NCBI GenBank assembly: GCA_046075565.1
Contig: JBJTQJ010000111.1
Span: 1 to 14,654, forward strand
DNA from: Verrucomicrobiales bacterium
GTDB taxonomy: Bacteria > Verrucomicrobiota > Verrucomicrobiia > Verrucomicrobiales > SLCJ01
Reading direction: 5' to 3'
DNA: 14,654 nt
The position numbers and the translations under genes were made by a program. A model generated the notes under the pieces. It ran no database searches. It worked only from the letters and a program-made list of their open reading frames with translations, and was not told the origin of the DNA. The first letter of the stretch is position 1. Each line of letters opens with the position of its first letter. Shown piece after piece: positions 1 to 8,700 of this stretch.

Positions 1-53
1 TCGGCGGAGTATTGGCGGCGGGTGCGGGTGGTCTTTTCGTCTTTCGGATTCAT
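1..53 (-). CDS. IS3-family transposase OrfA, N-terminal fragment (partial)
   Basis: ATG at 53 translates by hand to MNPKDEKTTRTRRQYSA(E/D). This fits the RRxYSxEFK start of HTH_Tnp_1 OrfA proteins. Only 17 codons are visible and the ORF is not in the track. Confidence 0.7.
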   Translation of the reverse strand, partial: MNPKDEKTTRTRRQYSA

Positions 54-123
54 GGTCGGGTCTGTTGCCCGGCCATAGCTTACATCACAGTGTCAATTCG
101 GACATTCCGTCGGGGGCGGGACA
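1..123 (-). mobile_element. Left end of an IS3-family insertion sequence (continues beyond window start)
   Basis: The minus strand from 123 reads TGTCCCGCCCCCGACGGAATGTCCGAATTGACAC. It has a 5'-TG terminus and a CCGCCCC core resembling the TGAACCGCCCCGG ends of IS6110/IS3411-type IS3 elements. An OrfA-like start lies 70 nt inside. The other end and the target duplication are outside the window. Confidence 0.75.
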
Positions 124-194
124 ATCGTCCACAGGTTGCGCTGGGAGATCCCCAGTTGCCAACTCCTCCACTGCAGATGAAGGATGGGAAACTT

Positions 195-1636
195 TCATAC
201 TGAATGGGGCAAGCGGATTTCGGCGATAGCTCCACCATCGGGGTGGTTGGACAGTCGGGCACTACCATGATGAAGATGGGCGGCTTCGCGCACGAAGGCA
301 AGACCGAGTCCCGTGCCTTTTCGACCGGTCATCGGATGCGGGAGCGAGTAAATCCGATCAAAGGCTTTTTCCATGGCGAAGTCGGGCACTCCGGGTCCGT
401 GGTCGCGCACGGTGATGACCCAATCCTTTGCCTGGTCGGCCAAGGAGAGTGTGACCGTTTGTCCGGATGCGGAATGGCTGATCGCATTTTCCAGCAAATT
501 GGCGATGGCGGTGCGCAGGGCGAGGGCATCACCGGGGATGGTCGCGCTCGGGGGAGGTTCAGGGGAAAACTCCATGGCCACACCGGCGGCTTCCGCTCTC
601 GGTCGGGCGGACTGAACGGCCTCGCGACAAAGATCAACCAAGTTGAGTTGTGATGAACCGTCGATGGCCGGGCGGTTTTCCAATCGGGCTAGATCGAGCA
701 GTTGCCGGATGAGAGACTCGCTGCGGTCGGTCTCGCGCAGGATATTCTCCAGGAACCGTTTCCGGTCGGCCTCGGGCAGATCTTCCTGAAGCAACTCCCC
801 CGCCCCACGGATGGCCGCGAGAGGAGACTTGAGTTCATGCGCCAAGGTGCGGATGTAGTTTTCGGCGTAGGCGCGTCCTTCGAGTTCGACCCGCATGTTC
901 TCCATTGCGGAACCAAGGGTGAGGGCCTCGCGACTTTTCCCAAGGGGAGGCAAAGGCACACGACGCCCATCGCGAATCGCCTTCGCGTAGCTGGTGAGCC
1001 GTCGAATGGGACGCAACAACCAGAAGAAGACTGCGAGCGACAGCAAGACGACACCCGAGCAGATCAGAGCGGCGGAACCCAAGGTGCGGGCGACCCGTGC
1101 GCGCACGAAAGGAAAAAAGTCCGCCTGGGGAATGGTCACCACGAGCACGCCGATGATGTTCGCCCGGTCGCGGATAGGTGCCGACACGTGGAGGACCGAT
1201 GAATTCTTGTCGTCCTTGTCGAGACGGGACGAACGCGCACCGTATTTTCCCGAGAGCGTGAGGGCGATATCGCGGTAAGCGGAGAAGTCTTTGCCGACAC
1301 GGAGATCTTCCGAGTCATAGATAACGATCCCTTTTGCATCGGTCACGTGCACGTTCATACCCACGGACTTGCGTTCGGTGTTGAAGATGCGCGCCTCGAA
1401 GGCACGGGCGCGGGCGGTGGCCAGGGTCGCGGCGAGCGAGGTTGTGACAGGTTTTGTTTGGCCAGCGCTTGCTTGCTCCACCGATGCAGCGAGAACATTC
1501 GAAGTATCCACCATCAGAACTTCAGCCGCCTGGAATGATTGGAATTCGAGGTCTTCCAAAAGATCACGGACGAGCAAAAAGAAACCCAAGGTGATAAAAA
1601 GACCACCAGCGCCTGGATGAGGAAGGTCGTGCGCAT
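195..1636 (-). CDS. creC: Two-component sensor histidine kinase CreC (5' end frameshifted as assembled: pseudogene or sequencing error)
   Basis: CreC-like motifs: YGARSSR in the periplasmic domain, TM2 plus HAMP, H-box LEGRAYAENYIRTLAHELKSPLAAIRGAGELL, N-box NLLENA, G-boxes DHGPG and GTGLGL. It lies directly downstream of creB. The natural start ATG at 1636 (MRTTFLIQALVVF...) is out of frame by one base at the A5 run 1596-1600. Restoring one base gives 480 aa with a clean TM1. Confidence 0.88.
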
Positions 1637-1647
1637 GGGGCGGAGGA

Positions 1648-2352
1648 TCAGGAAGCAACGGACTCGAAAAGCGAGTATCCGAGACCGCGATAGGTTTCAA
1701 TGGGCTGGAGGTCGGGCGCGACGGCGCGGATTTTCGCGCGCACTGATTTCACATGGGCGTCAACGGTCCGGTCGAGGGCGGAACCGGGATCCTCCCATGC
1801 GGCCTCCATGAGTTGATCGCGGGAGAAGACGCGTCCGGGTGCGGACAACAAGGTGGCGAGCAGAAGATACTCATTGCGGGTGAGCGGCAGCACCTGGCCG
1901 AAGCACAGGATGCGGCGGCGCTCCGGGTCATGGCACAGTGACACATCCGAGGCACATGGTGCAGCAACTGGCTTCACAACGCGGGTTTCCGGACGGCGGC
2001 GCAACACGGCACGCACGCGGGCGGCCAACTCACGGGGTGAGAATGGTTTGACGACGTAATCATCGGCTCCGAGTTCGAGACCGACAATGCGGTCGATTTC
2101 CCCGTCGCGGGCCGAAAGGAAAATCACCGGGATATCGGTGAAGGAACGCAGTTCGCGGCAGACATCGAATCCACTGCGATCGGGCAAGCCGATGTCGAGA
2201 ATCACACATGACGGCGCACCGGTTCGCGCTTGAACAAGTCCGTCGCCGCCGGTGCGGGCGAGCATGGTGTGGAATCCCTCGCTGCGCAAGGCATACTCGA
2301 TCGCGTCGGCGATCGAGGATTCGTCTTCGATGATGAGAACGGTGGAACCCAT
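1648..2352 (-). CDS. creB: OmpR-family response regulator CreB (234 aa)
   Basis: Receiver motifs VLIIEDE, ILDIGLPD (phospho-Asp), FLSAR and GADDYVVKPFSPRE. Winged helix LTRNEYLLL...SRDQLMEAAW...DRTVDAHVKSVRAK...RGLGY closely follows CreB. Adjacent to creC. ATG at 2352 is preferred over the track's GTG at 2370. Confidence 0.92.
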   Translation of the reverse strand: MGSTVLIIEDESSIADAIEYALRSEGFHTMLARTGGDGLVQARTGAPSCVILDIGLPDRSGFDVCRELRSFTDIPVIFLSARDGEIDRIVGLELGADDYVVKPFSPRELAARVRAVLRRRPETRVVKPVAAPCASDVSLCHDPERRRILCFGQVLPLTRNEYLLLATLLSAPGRVFSRDQLMEAAWEDPGSALDRTVDAHVKSVRAKIRAVAPDLQPIETYRGLGYSLFESVAS

Positions 2353-2382
2353 GGCCGTATCGCGGGGCACCGCCGGAAAGAC

Positions 2383-3999
2383 TCAGGAGGCAGGCTGGCC
2401 GCGTGCCTTGTCGATGAACTCGGCCGAAGTAAGGCGGTTGAACCACCATTCGTTGAAGACAGCGTAGCGGAGACCCTCCGACATCCGCGAGGTCTGGCTG
2501 GCGAGTTGGACACCTTTGTTTTCGGACTTCTCGATTTCACGAGCGACGAGATAAGGCACAAGAACATTTTCGGCTGTTTCGATGGGCTCTCCGAGGGTTC
2601 CGGGTTTGGCCAGCCCGATGGTCCTTGCGATCTGACGTTCATCCGGGTTGGCGTCCATCGGTTTATCCGGCGCGGGCGAGTCTTCCGACTTCTCCCCGAG
2701 TTCGGTGACGGCATCGGCGAATGACTTCCCGCCTTCGAGCAGCGGTTTCAATTTTCCGTGCAATTCCTTGGCGGCGGCCAGGGCAGCCTCTTTGGCTTTG
2801 CGGGCTTTGATTTCCTTCACGAGTTCCTCTTTCACCACATCCAACTCCTTGACCTTGGGCTCCTCGCTTTTCACGAGACGGAAGACATACCAGGTGTCGC
2901 CATCGTTCACGGGAGGAGGCGAGGGACGATCCGGTCCAAGCTTTGAAATGGCCGCGATGAATTGGTTGCGTCCGACAAGGGCTTCCGGCGGAGTGGCGAT
3001 TTCAAAGAGGTCGGTGGTGACAGCGGTTTTCCCGTTCGCGGTTGCGATCTCGGCGAGCGTCTTGTCCGGCGTGAGCGCGCGATAGATGGTGTCGGCGAGT
3101 TTGGCGCGACCACGGGCTTTCTCCGGGTTTTCGGGTTCGGGTTCCGGCTCCTTTCCATCGGCAGCGGGAGCCAGCGGCGCGGGCGGTGGGAGTTTCTCGG
3201 CGGTGATGGCCACGTATTCGATGGACCATTTCTGAGTGGTCATGATATCCGGACTTTTGGCGGCTTTGCCCTCTTCATACTCCTTGTTGATTTCCTCATC
3301 GGAAACCTGAATGCCATCGAGGAAACGCGCGTGGGGAATGCGGACGAGAGAGGCTTTCACCTTCTGCTGGTTGCGGGCGTAGTCGCGTTCCGCTTCTTTC
3401 GGATTGTAGGCCAAGCCGGCACCGAGGAGTTCGCGGAGTTTCTCAAGCAGCATGAAGTCGCCCACGACTTCGCGCAAATCACCAACGGTCATGCCAAGAC
3501 GGCTGAGTTTGTAGGGGCCAGCCATCTGACTTTGACCAAAGTAGTTGGGACGTTCGATGAAGAGGCCGTCATTCGACCCTTCTCCGGCATAAAGTTGGAA
3601 CTTGGCGGGATCAAATTTCCCATTGGTCTGGAAGGCGGCGAGGGTGGTGATGTGGCTTTCCGCCTCCTCGGGGGTCACAGCGAGTCCGAGCCGGGCGGCC
3701 TCCTCACGGATCATGCGCATGACAGCGACATAACCAATCTGGGAACCCGGAGGCATGAGACTGGACAGAACATCCATGCCCGGCAACTGCAGGTGGCTGG
3801 CCACGGTGGCATGGCGCTCCATGTTCTGGTAGTCGCGGGCGGTGATGTCTTTGCCGTAGATGCTGCCGAGCACGGTGGAACCACCGGGGTGCCCGCTGTG
3901 GGTATCAGTTCGCACGTAGAACCATCCGAACGTGATACACACGACGACGGTGACGACAAGGAGGACGGATTTCTGGTGGTGGCGAAGGAAATCGAGCAT
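2383..3999 (-). CDS. SurA N-terminal domain / PpiD-like membrane-anchored periplasmic chaperone (538 aa)
   Basis: MLDFLRHHQK followed by a single N-terminal TM (VLLVVTVVVCITFGWFYV). PpiD/SurA_N-like motifs: IYGKDIT, EAARLGLAVTPEE, AFQTNGKFD, VSDEEINKEYEE, KELDVVKEEL. The start at 3999 is supported by the promoter just upstream; the track's TTG at 4044 is the -35 box. Confidence 0.8.
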   Translation of the reverse strand: MLDFLRHHQKSVLLVVTVVVCITFGWFYVRTDTHSGHPGGSTVLGSIYGKDITARDYQNMERHATVASHLQLPGMDVLSSLMPPGSQIGYVAVMRMIREEAARLGLAVTPEEAESHITTLAAFQTNGKFDPAKFQLYAGEGSNDGLFIERPNYFGQSQMAGPYKLSRLGMTVGDLREVVGDFMLLEKLRELLGAGLAYNPKEAERDYARNQQKVKASLVRIPHARFLDGIQVSDEEINKEYEEGKAAKSPDIMTTQKWSIEYVAITAEKLPPPAPLAPAADGKEPEPEPENPEKARGRAKLADTIYRALTPDKTLAEIATANGKTAVTTDLFEIATPPEALVGRNQFIAAISKLGPDRPSPPPVNDGDTWYVFRLVKSEEPKVKELDVVKEELVKEIKARKAKEAALAAAKELHGKLKPLLEGGKSFADAVTELGEKSEDSPAPDKPMDANPDERQIARTIGLAKPGTLGEPIETAENVLVPYLVAREIEKSENKGVQLASQTSRMSEGLRYAVFNEWWFNRLTSAEFIDKARGQPAS

Positions 4000-4015
4000 G
4001 GGATGAGCGGCGAGT

Positions 4016-4044
4016 AAACTAGCGGGGACGGGATAATCGGTCAA
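4016..4044 (-). promoter_or_regulatory. Putative sigma70 promoter for the chaperone-creB-creC unit
   Basis: TTGACC (4044-4039) - 17 nt - TAGTTT (4021-4016), 16 nt upstream of the ATG at 3999. Confidence 0.6.
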
Positions 4045-4062
4045 TCAGGGAAACGGGAATCT

Positions 4063-5058
4063 TCAGGATCGGTCGCCATAACCCTGCGGGCGGTCACGGT
4101 GCCAGCCCCAGGCCGACTCGACAATCGAGCGGATGGCCTGGTGGCGGGGCACCCAGCCGAGTTCCTGGCGGGCCTTCGAGCTGTCGGCATAAAGGGCGGG
4201 AGGATCGCCCTCCCGACGCGGCGCGGCCTCCCATGGAACTTTGAGACCCGTCACCTCTTCGACGGCGGTGATGATTTCGAGCACGGAGGTCGGGGTGCCG
4301 GTGCCGAGATTGTAGTCCACGAACGTGTGCGGTTTTTCCAAGGCCGGGAAAACAGCGATGTGGGCCCGGGCAAGGTCGTCCACGTGGATATAGTCGCGCA
4401 GACAGGTGCCATCGGGGGTCGGATAGTCGAGACCGAAAACCTTCAGGGCCGGACGCGTGCCCCGCGCGGCATCAATGGCGAGCGGAATAAGATGGGTTTC
4501 CGGGTCGTGATCCTCGCCGATGCTTCCATCCTCGGAAGCCCCCGCGGCATTGAAATAACGGAAGACAGCGGCGGAGAAATCCTTGGCGTAACAAATTGCG
4601 CGCAAGGCGTGTTCGATATCGAGCTTCGTCTGCCCATAGGGATTGATGGGGGCCTGCGGGAGCGTCTCGATGATGGGGAGGGTCTTGACCTCGCCGAAAG
4701 TGGCGCAGGTGCTGGAGAAGACAAATTTGGTAACGCCTGCTTCAGCCATGGCATCGAGCAGTTGCAGGGTGGCACCGACGTTGTTGAGGTAATACTTCAA
4801 GGGTTCCTGCACCGATTCGCCCACGTAGGCGAAGGCGGCGAAGTGCATGACAATGTCGATTTTTTCGTCCTGCAGGATGCGGGTCATCGCCGACTTTTCG
4901 CCCAAATTCACGTCGTAGAAGGGAATCCCTGCGGCGACGGCGCTGCGGTGACCAAAGACGAGATTGTCAACCACCACCGGACGGTGCGCGGCCTTGATCA
5001 ACTGCTTCACACAGTGGCTACCGATGTAGCCCGCTCCGCCAACAACAAGGATATTCAT
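4063..5058 (-). CDS. galE: UDP-glucose 4-epimerase GalE (331 aa)
   Basis: MNILVVGGAGYIGSH Rossmann motif, HFAAFAYVGES, FSSTCATFG, catalytic YGQTK (YxxxK), RYFNAAGA, PETHLIP, DGTCLRDYIHV. Start at ATG 5058. Confidence 0.96.
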   Translation of the reverse strand: MNILVVGGAGYIGSHCVKQLIKAAHRPVVVDNLVFGHRSAVAAGIPFYDVNLGEKSAMTRILQDEKIDIVMHFAAFAYVGESVQEPLKYYLNNVGATLQLLDAMAEAGVTKFVFSSTCATFGEVKTLPIIETLPQAPINPYGQTKLDIEHALRAICYAKDFSAAVFRYFNAAGASEDGSIGEDHDPETHLIPLAIDAARGTRPALKVFGLDYPTPDGTCLRDYIHVDDLARAHIAVFPALEKPHTFVDYNLGTGTPTSVLEIITAVEEVTGLKVPWEAAPRREGDPPALYADSSKARQELGWVPRHQAIRSIVESAWGWHRDRPQGYGDRS

Positions 5059-5078
5059 AAGGATGGAATGGAATGCCC

Positions 5079-5106
5079 ATCCTAGCCGCAGGAGGATCAT
5101 TCTCAA
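5079..5106 (-). promoter_or_regulatory. Putative sigma70 promoter of galE
   Basis: TTGAGA (5106-5101) - 16 nt - TAGGAT (5084-5079), 20 nt upstream of the ATG at 5058. Confidence 0.5.
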
Positions 5107-5225
5107 CCGGAATTGCCTTCGTTTTTTCGGCAGATAGCCAAAAGCACGATGAAAAATCGCCATTCCCCGCCGCTTTGAACATTTCGGACTTTCGAATTTT
5201 CCGCTTTCCGTTACCATCGGTGAAT

Positions 5226-5669
5226 ATGAAATGGCGCGTAGTGGCGGTGGGAAAGCCGTCTTTGGCCTATGCGAAGACCGGCATCGAGGACTATCTCGGC
5301 CGATTGCGGCACTATGCCGAGGTGGAAATGGTTTGGATTAAGGAGGGAGCCGGAGAGCCGGAGACGACACGGCGGCTGCTCGACCAGTGCTCCGGCTGCC
5401 GGGCCTTTCTGCTCGACGAAACCGGCCGATCGCTCACCACGCGCGAATGGCTCGACCAAACCCGCGAACTCCGCGACACCGGGACAAAAAAGGTGGCCGT
5501 GCTGATTGGCGGAGCCGATGGACACCCGCCCGCATTGCGCGCCGCCGTGCCCGATCGCTGGAGCCTCGGGCGTCATACCCTCCAACACGAACTCGCCCTC
5601 CTCGTCTGGCTGGAGCAACTCTACCGGATCCACACCCTCGACCGCGGCGAACCCTACCACCGCGACTAA
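5226..5669 (+). CDS. rlmH: 23S rRNA (pseudouridine1915-N3)-methyltransferase RlmH (147 aa)
   Basis: SPOUT motifs MKWRVVAVGK, DYLGRL, LLDETG, LIGGADG, SLGRHTLQHELA, EQLYR, and C-terminal GEPYHR. Start at ATG 5226. Confidence 0.95.
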   Translation: MKWRVVAVGKPSLAYAKTGIEDYLGRLRHYAEVEMVWIKEGAGEPETTRRLLDQCSGCRAFLLDETGRSLTTREWLDQTRELRDTGTKKVAVLIGGADGHPPALRAAVPDRWSLGRHTLQHELALLVWLEQLYRIHTLDRGEPYHRD

Positions 5670-5774
5670 CCCATCTTTTCGCATCTTTCTCTCTACTTTT
5701 CGCAGATTCTAGTTGCCAAACCCCCATTCTTCATGGTTTTTTAAGTTTGAGGTTAATTTTATTCTCATAATTCT

Positions 5775-8700
5775 ATGGCGCTGACCTCGCACGAACGAAT
5801 CACTCAAAAAACGCGTAATCCCTACAAGGCGATTGTTTTGGAAAGCCGCGCCGGGGCGTGCTCGGTTATGATCCGTGCCCTTGAGGCCGAAGGCACCTCA
5901 GTTGAACTGGTGCGGACGCCGGATGAGGTTGGCAGCCATTGGGAAAATCTCGACATCCTGGTAGTGGATGCAGTGGAAAAGGATGAAACCCTGCGTCAAT
6001 TGGTCAAATGGGCCCGCCAGACGGGCAACGACCCTTATGTCGTGGCTGTCGGAGACGGCGAACACGATCCCGCCTGGCTCACTGGTGGACGCCGCGGAGC
6101 CCATGCCTCGATGGCTGAACCGGACGAGCAATCAGCCCGTCTCGTGTTGGCGGATGCCCGGGGATGGCTCGCCGCACGCGAACCCGCTCCCGCCGCCCCG
6201 CAGCCGGTAACCCGTTTGCCTGCCCCCCGGACTCCCCCGCCATCCGCGCCGGTGCGTGCGCAGTTGCCAGATTGGCTGCCGCCGCTCATGGACAAGACGT
6301 CCGCCGCCATGGCTGTTTTCGATACGCAGATGCGCTATCGGCTGTGCAACCGTGCTTGGCGCGATCTGTTCGGACTCTACGAGACCGAAGTGAATGGACG
6401 TTCGCACTTTGAAATTTTTCCCAACCTCGGAAGCGGTTGGAAGGAAGCGTATCAACGCGCCCTCGCCGGAGAAAGCCTCGCCCGCGAGGAAGACCATGTT
6501 CTGTCCTCATCGGGAGTTGCCCTGCCCCTGCGGTGGGAGATTTCGCCCTGGCGCGATAGTGGGGGTCAACCGGGCGGAGTCATCGCCATTTTTGAACCGC
6601 GCACCACGACGGCACCTACCGGAGGTTCTCAACATTTTGAAGCAGGGCTCGGGCGATCCGTTTTGAAATCCACCTCCGGATGGATGGTCGTTCAGGATCC
6701 GCACGGCATCATTCTCGGCTCAAGCAAAGGATTCTCGGGCGCGGTCGGTCGCCAGGGCCGCATGTTCGGGCGCAGTTACTGGGAAGCTGCCCACGTGCTC
6801 GAAACCAGTCTTTCCGCCGAGGATTTCCGCACGACCATGTTGAACTGGAGGACCGGGGGCGAATTCCCCTTCCCTGCCAAGATTACCGAAATTCTCCAGA
6901 GTGTTGACGGGGAGAAATACGAAATCGAATGGTCGCTCTTCCCCCACTATCGGGATCCCACCGAAGACATCCACGGCATCGTGCGGATCGGCGTGCCCCG
7001 GGCCGTGACATCGGAAGCTATCAAGCCCGCGAAATCCATCGGCATGACCGCCCCCGGTCCGGTGAAGAAGGAAAAAGAACCTTCACCCTTTGATGCGGAA
7101 TTGCCTGCCGTGGCCGATTGGAATCTCCCATGGGAAGAAGACATGCCTGTCCTGCTCTGGGAAGTGGACGCCAGCGGCGTCTTCCGACGGGTTGGGGAAG
7201 GTCTTCGACGTTTCGCCGGTCTGAGCGGCTCGAACAAATCCCACGCCGATGCCTTTGGCAGTCGCATTTCCCTCACTCCCGCATGGTTCCAGAAAGTAAG
7301 TGCCTGCCTGCGCGGCGGATTGCCCGTGGACGAAACGATGTCGGTCGCCACCGACGAAGGGCCGCGCTTGGTGCGCTTCATCGGAGCCCGCGCGGAAAAT
7401 GAGACTCTGCGAGGATGGGCGATGACTCTGCCCGCCGGCACCAGCGACGGCGCTCCCGCTGCGGATGCCCTGCGGCTTGCCGCCTCCGAAGCCGAGAAAT
7501 CGATGCTCCGCGAACGGCTCGACCAGCTCGTGCGCGCTCTCGGCGAAGCCCGCGAACTCTCACCCCGCCCGACAAATGCCGATGATGACTGGAACGAAAT
7601 CGGCCGTCATCTTCCGCTCGCGGTTGTCGTGCTCGATGCCCAGGGTGATGTGCTCGCCGCCAATGATGCCCTCGCCTCCCTGATCGGACAATCCCACGAG
7701 CGTGGGGTTTCTTTTGGAAAATGGCTGGCGGAAAAGGCACTCGCCTCGGAAGACGATCTCGGGCGCTGGCGTTCTCTCGGTTGGCGGAAGCAGGTGCCAT
7801 GCGTCCTCCGCGTCGCGGGATCCGGAGGAGTGGAAAAGTCCATTGAACTCCAATCCAGATTGATCGGAGATGGTCGCATGCTCGTAGTCGCCCGTGACGT
7901 GACCGACGAGACAAGGGCCACCGAAATGCTTCGTGCCAGCGAGGCGAAGTTCCGTGGTTTCTTCCACGAAGCAGCCATCGCCATGGTAGTCGTGAACGGT
8001 CTTGGTGAGGTGGTCGATGCGAATGAATCGCTTGCAAACCTGATGGATCGCAAACGCCGCGAGATCATCGGCTCGGATCTCGACACCTTGCTTGATGGCG
8101 GATGGGCCAAAGCGCAGACCCTCGAGCCGGGACGTTCGACGCTCCTGACCACCAGCGATGGCAAACCGGTGCGTGTGGCGCGATTGGATCGCCCGGTCGC
8201 CAATGAAGCCGCCAATGCCATCCTTGTCATTGAGGAAAGCGTTTCCGCAACAGCCCCCGCGCTCGTTCCGTATTTCCCGCCCCAAGCACCCATCGTCGAG
8301 TCCCGCCGCCTCGGGGCCCTGCGCCATCGTGTGAATAACGATCTCCAGGTGCTGGCCACGCTTTGTTCCATCGATGCCGGCACACCCGGACCACGAACGG
8401 CCTCGTTGCAACGTCGCCTTCAAGTCGCGTCTCTCGCCTATGGCTCGACTCTAACAGCCTCCGAGATCGAGGAAGCGGTGGATGCATCCGCATTTCTCGG
8501 TCGCGTGGCCAATCTCGTCAGCCGCGAAACCGGACTACCGTCCGAGGCCATCGAACGTTCATTGGAGCCCGTCTTCTTGCCCGCTTCGAAATTCATGATG
8601 CTCGGTCTGGCCGCCCGCGAGTTGCTCGACAATGCCCTGCGCCATGGCCATGGACCGGTTTGCCTGAACTCCGGCACGCTCGGTGGTTCGGCGTGGATCG

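Noticed and set aside
124..205. CreB binding site (TTCAC-N6-TTCAC cre tag) or terminator downstream of creC
   Set aside because: There is no correctly spaced TTCAC repeat, and the CTGGG/CCCAG hairpin at 141-155 is short with no U-tract.
1637..1700. ORF-track N-terminal extension of creC (MKPIAVSDTRFSSPLLPDPPPHAHDLPHPGAGG)
   Set aside because: It overlaps the creB 3' end, is Pro-rich and unlike CreC, and is better explained by the 1-base frameshift after ATG 1636.
2962..5085. Long plus-strand ORFs of 351 aa (2962-4017) and 328 aa (4099-5085)
   Set aside because: They are antisense shadows of the chaperone and galE, expected from high-GC codon bias, with no recognisable motifs.
5652..5665. 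rlmH 3' end as an island attachment site, with a 13/14 match (CCCTACCACC[G/T]CGA) at 13858-13871
   Set aside because: rlmH and comM are known integration hotspots, but the match lies in-frame inside an intact comM (PYHLD versus PYHRD). There is no recombinase, and the intervening genes look native.
5741..5756. TTAA-N8-TTAA resembling a CtrA box upstream of a CckA-like hybrid kinase operon
   Set aside because: The CtrA consensus spacing is N7, the region is simply AT-rich, and nothing suggests an alphaproteobacterium.
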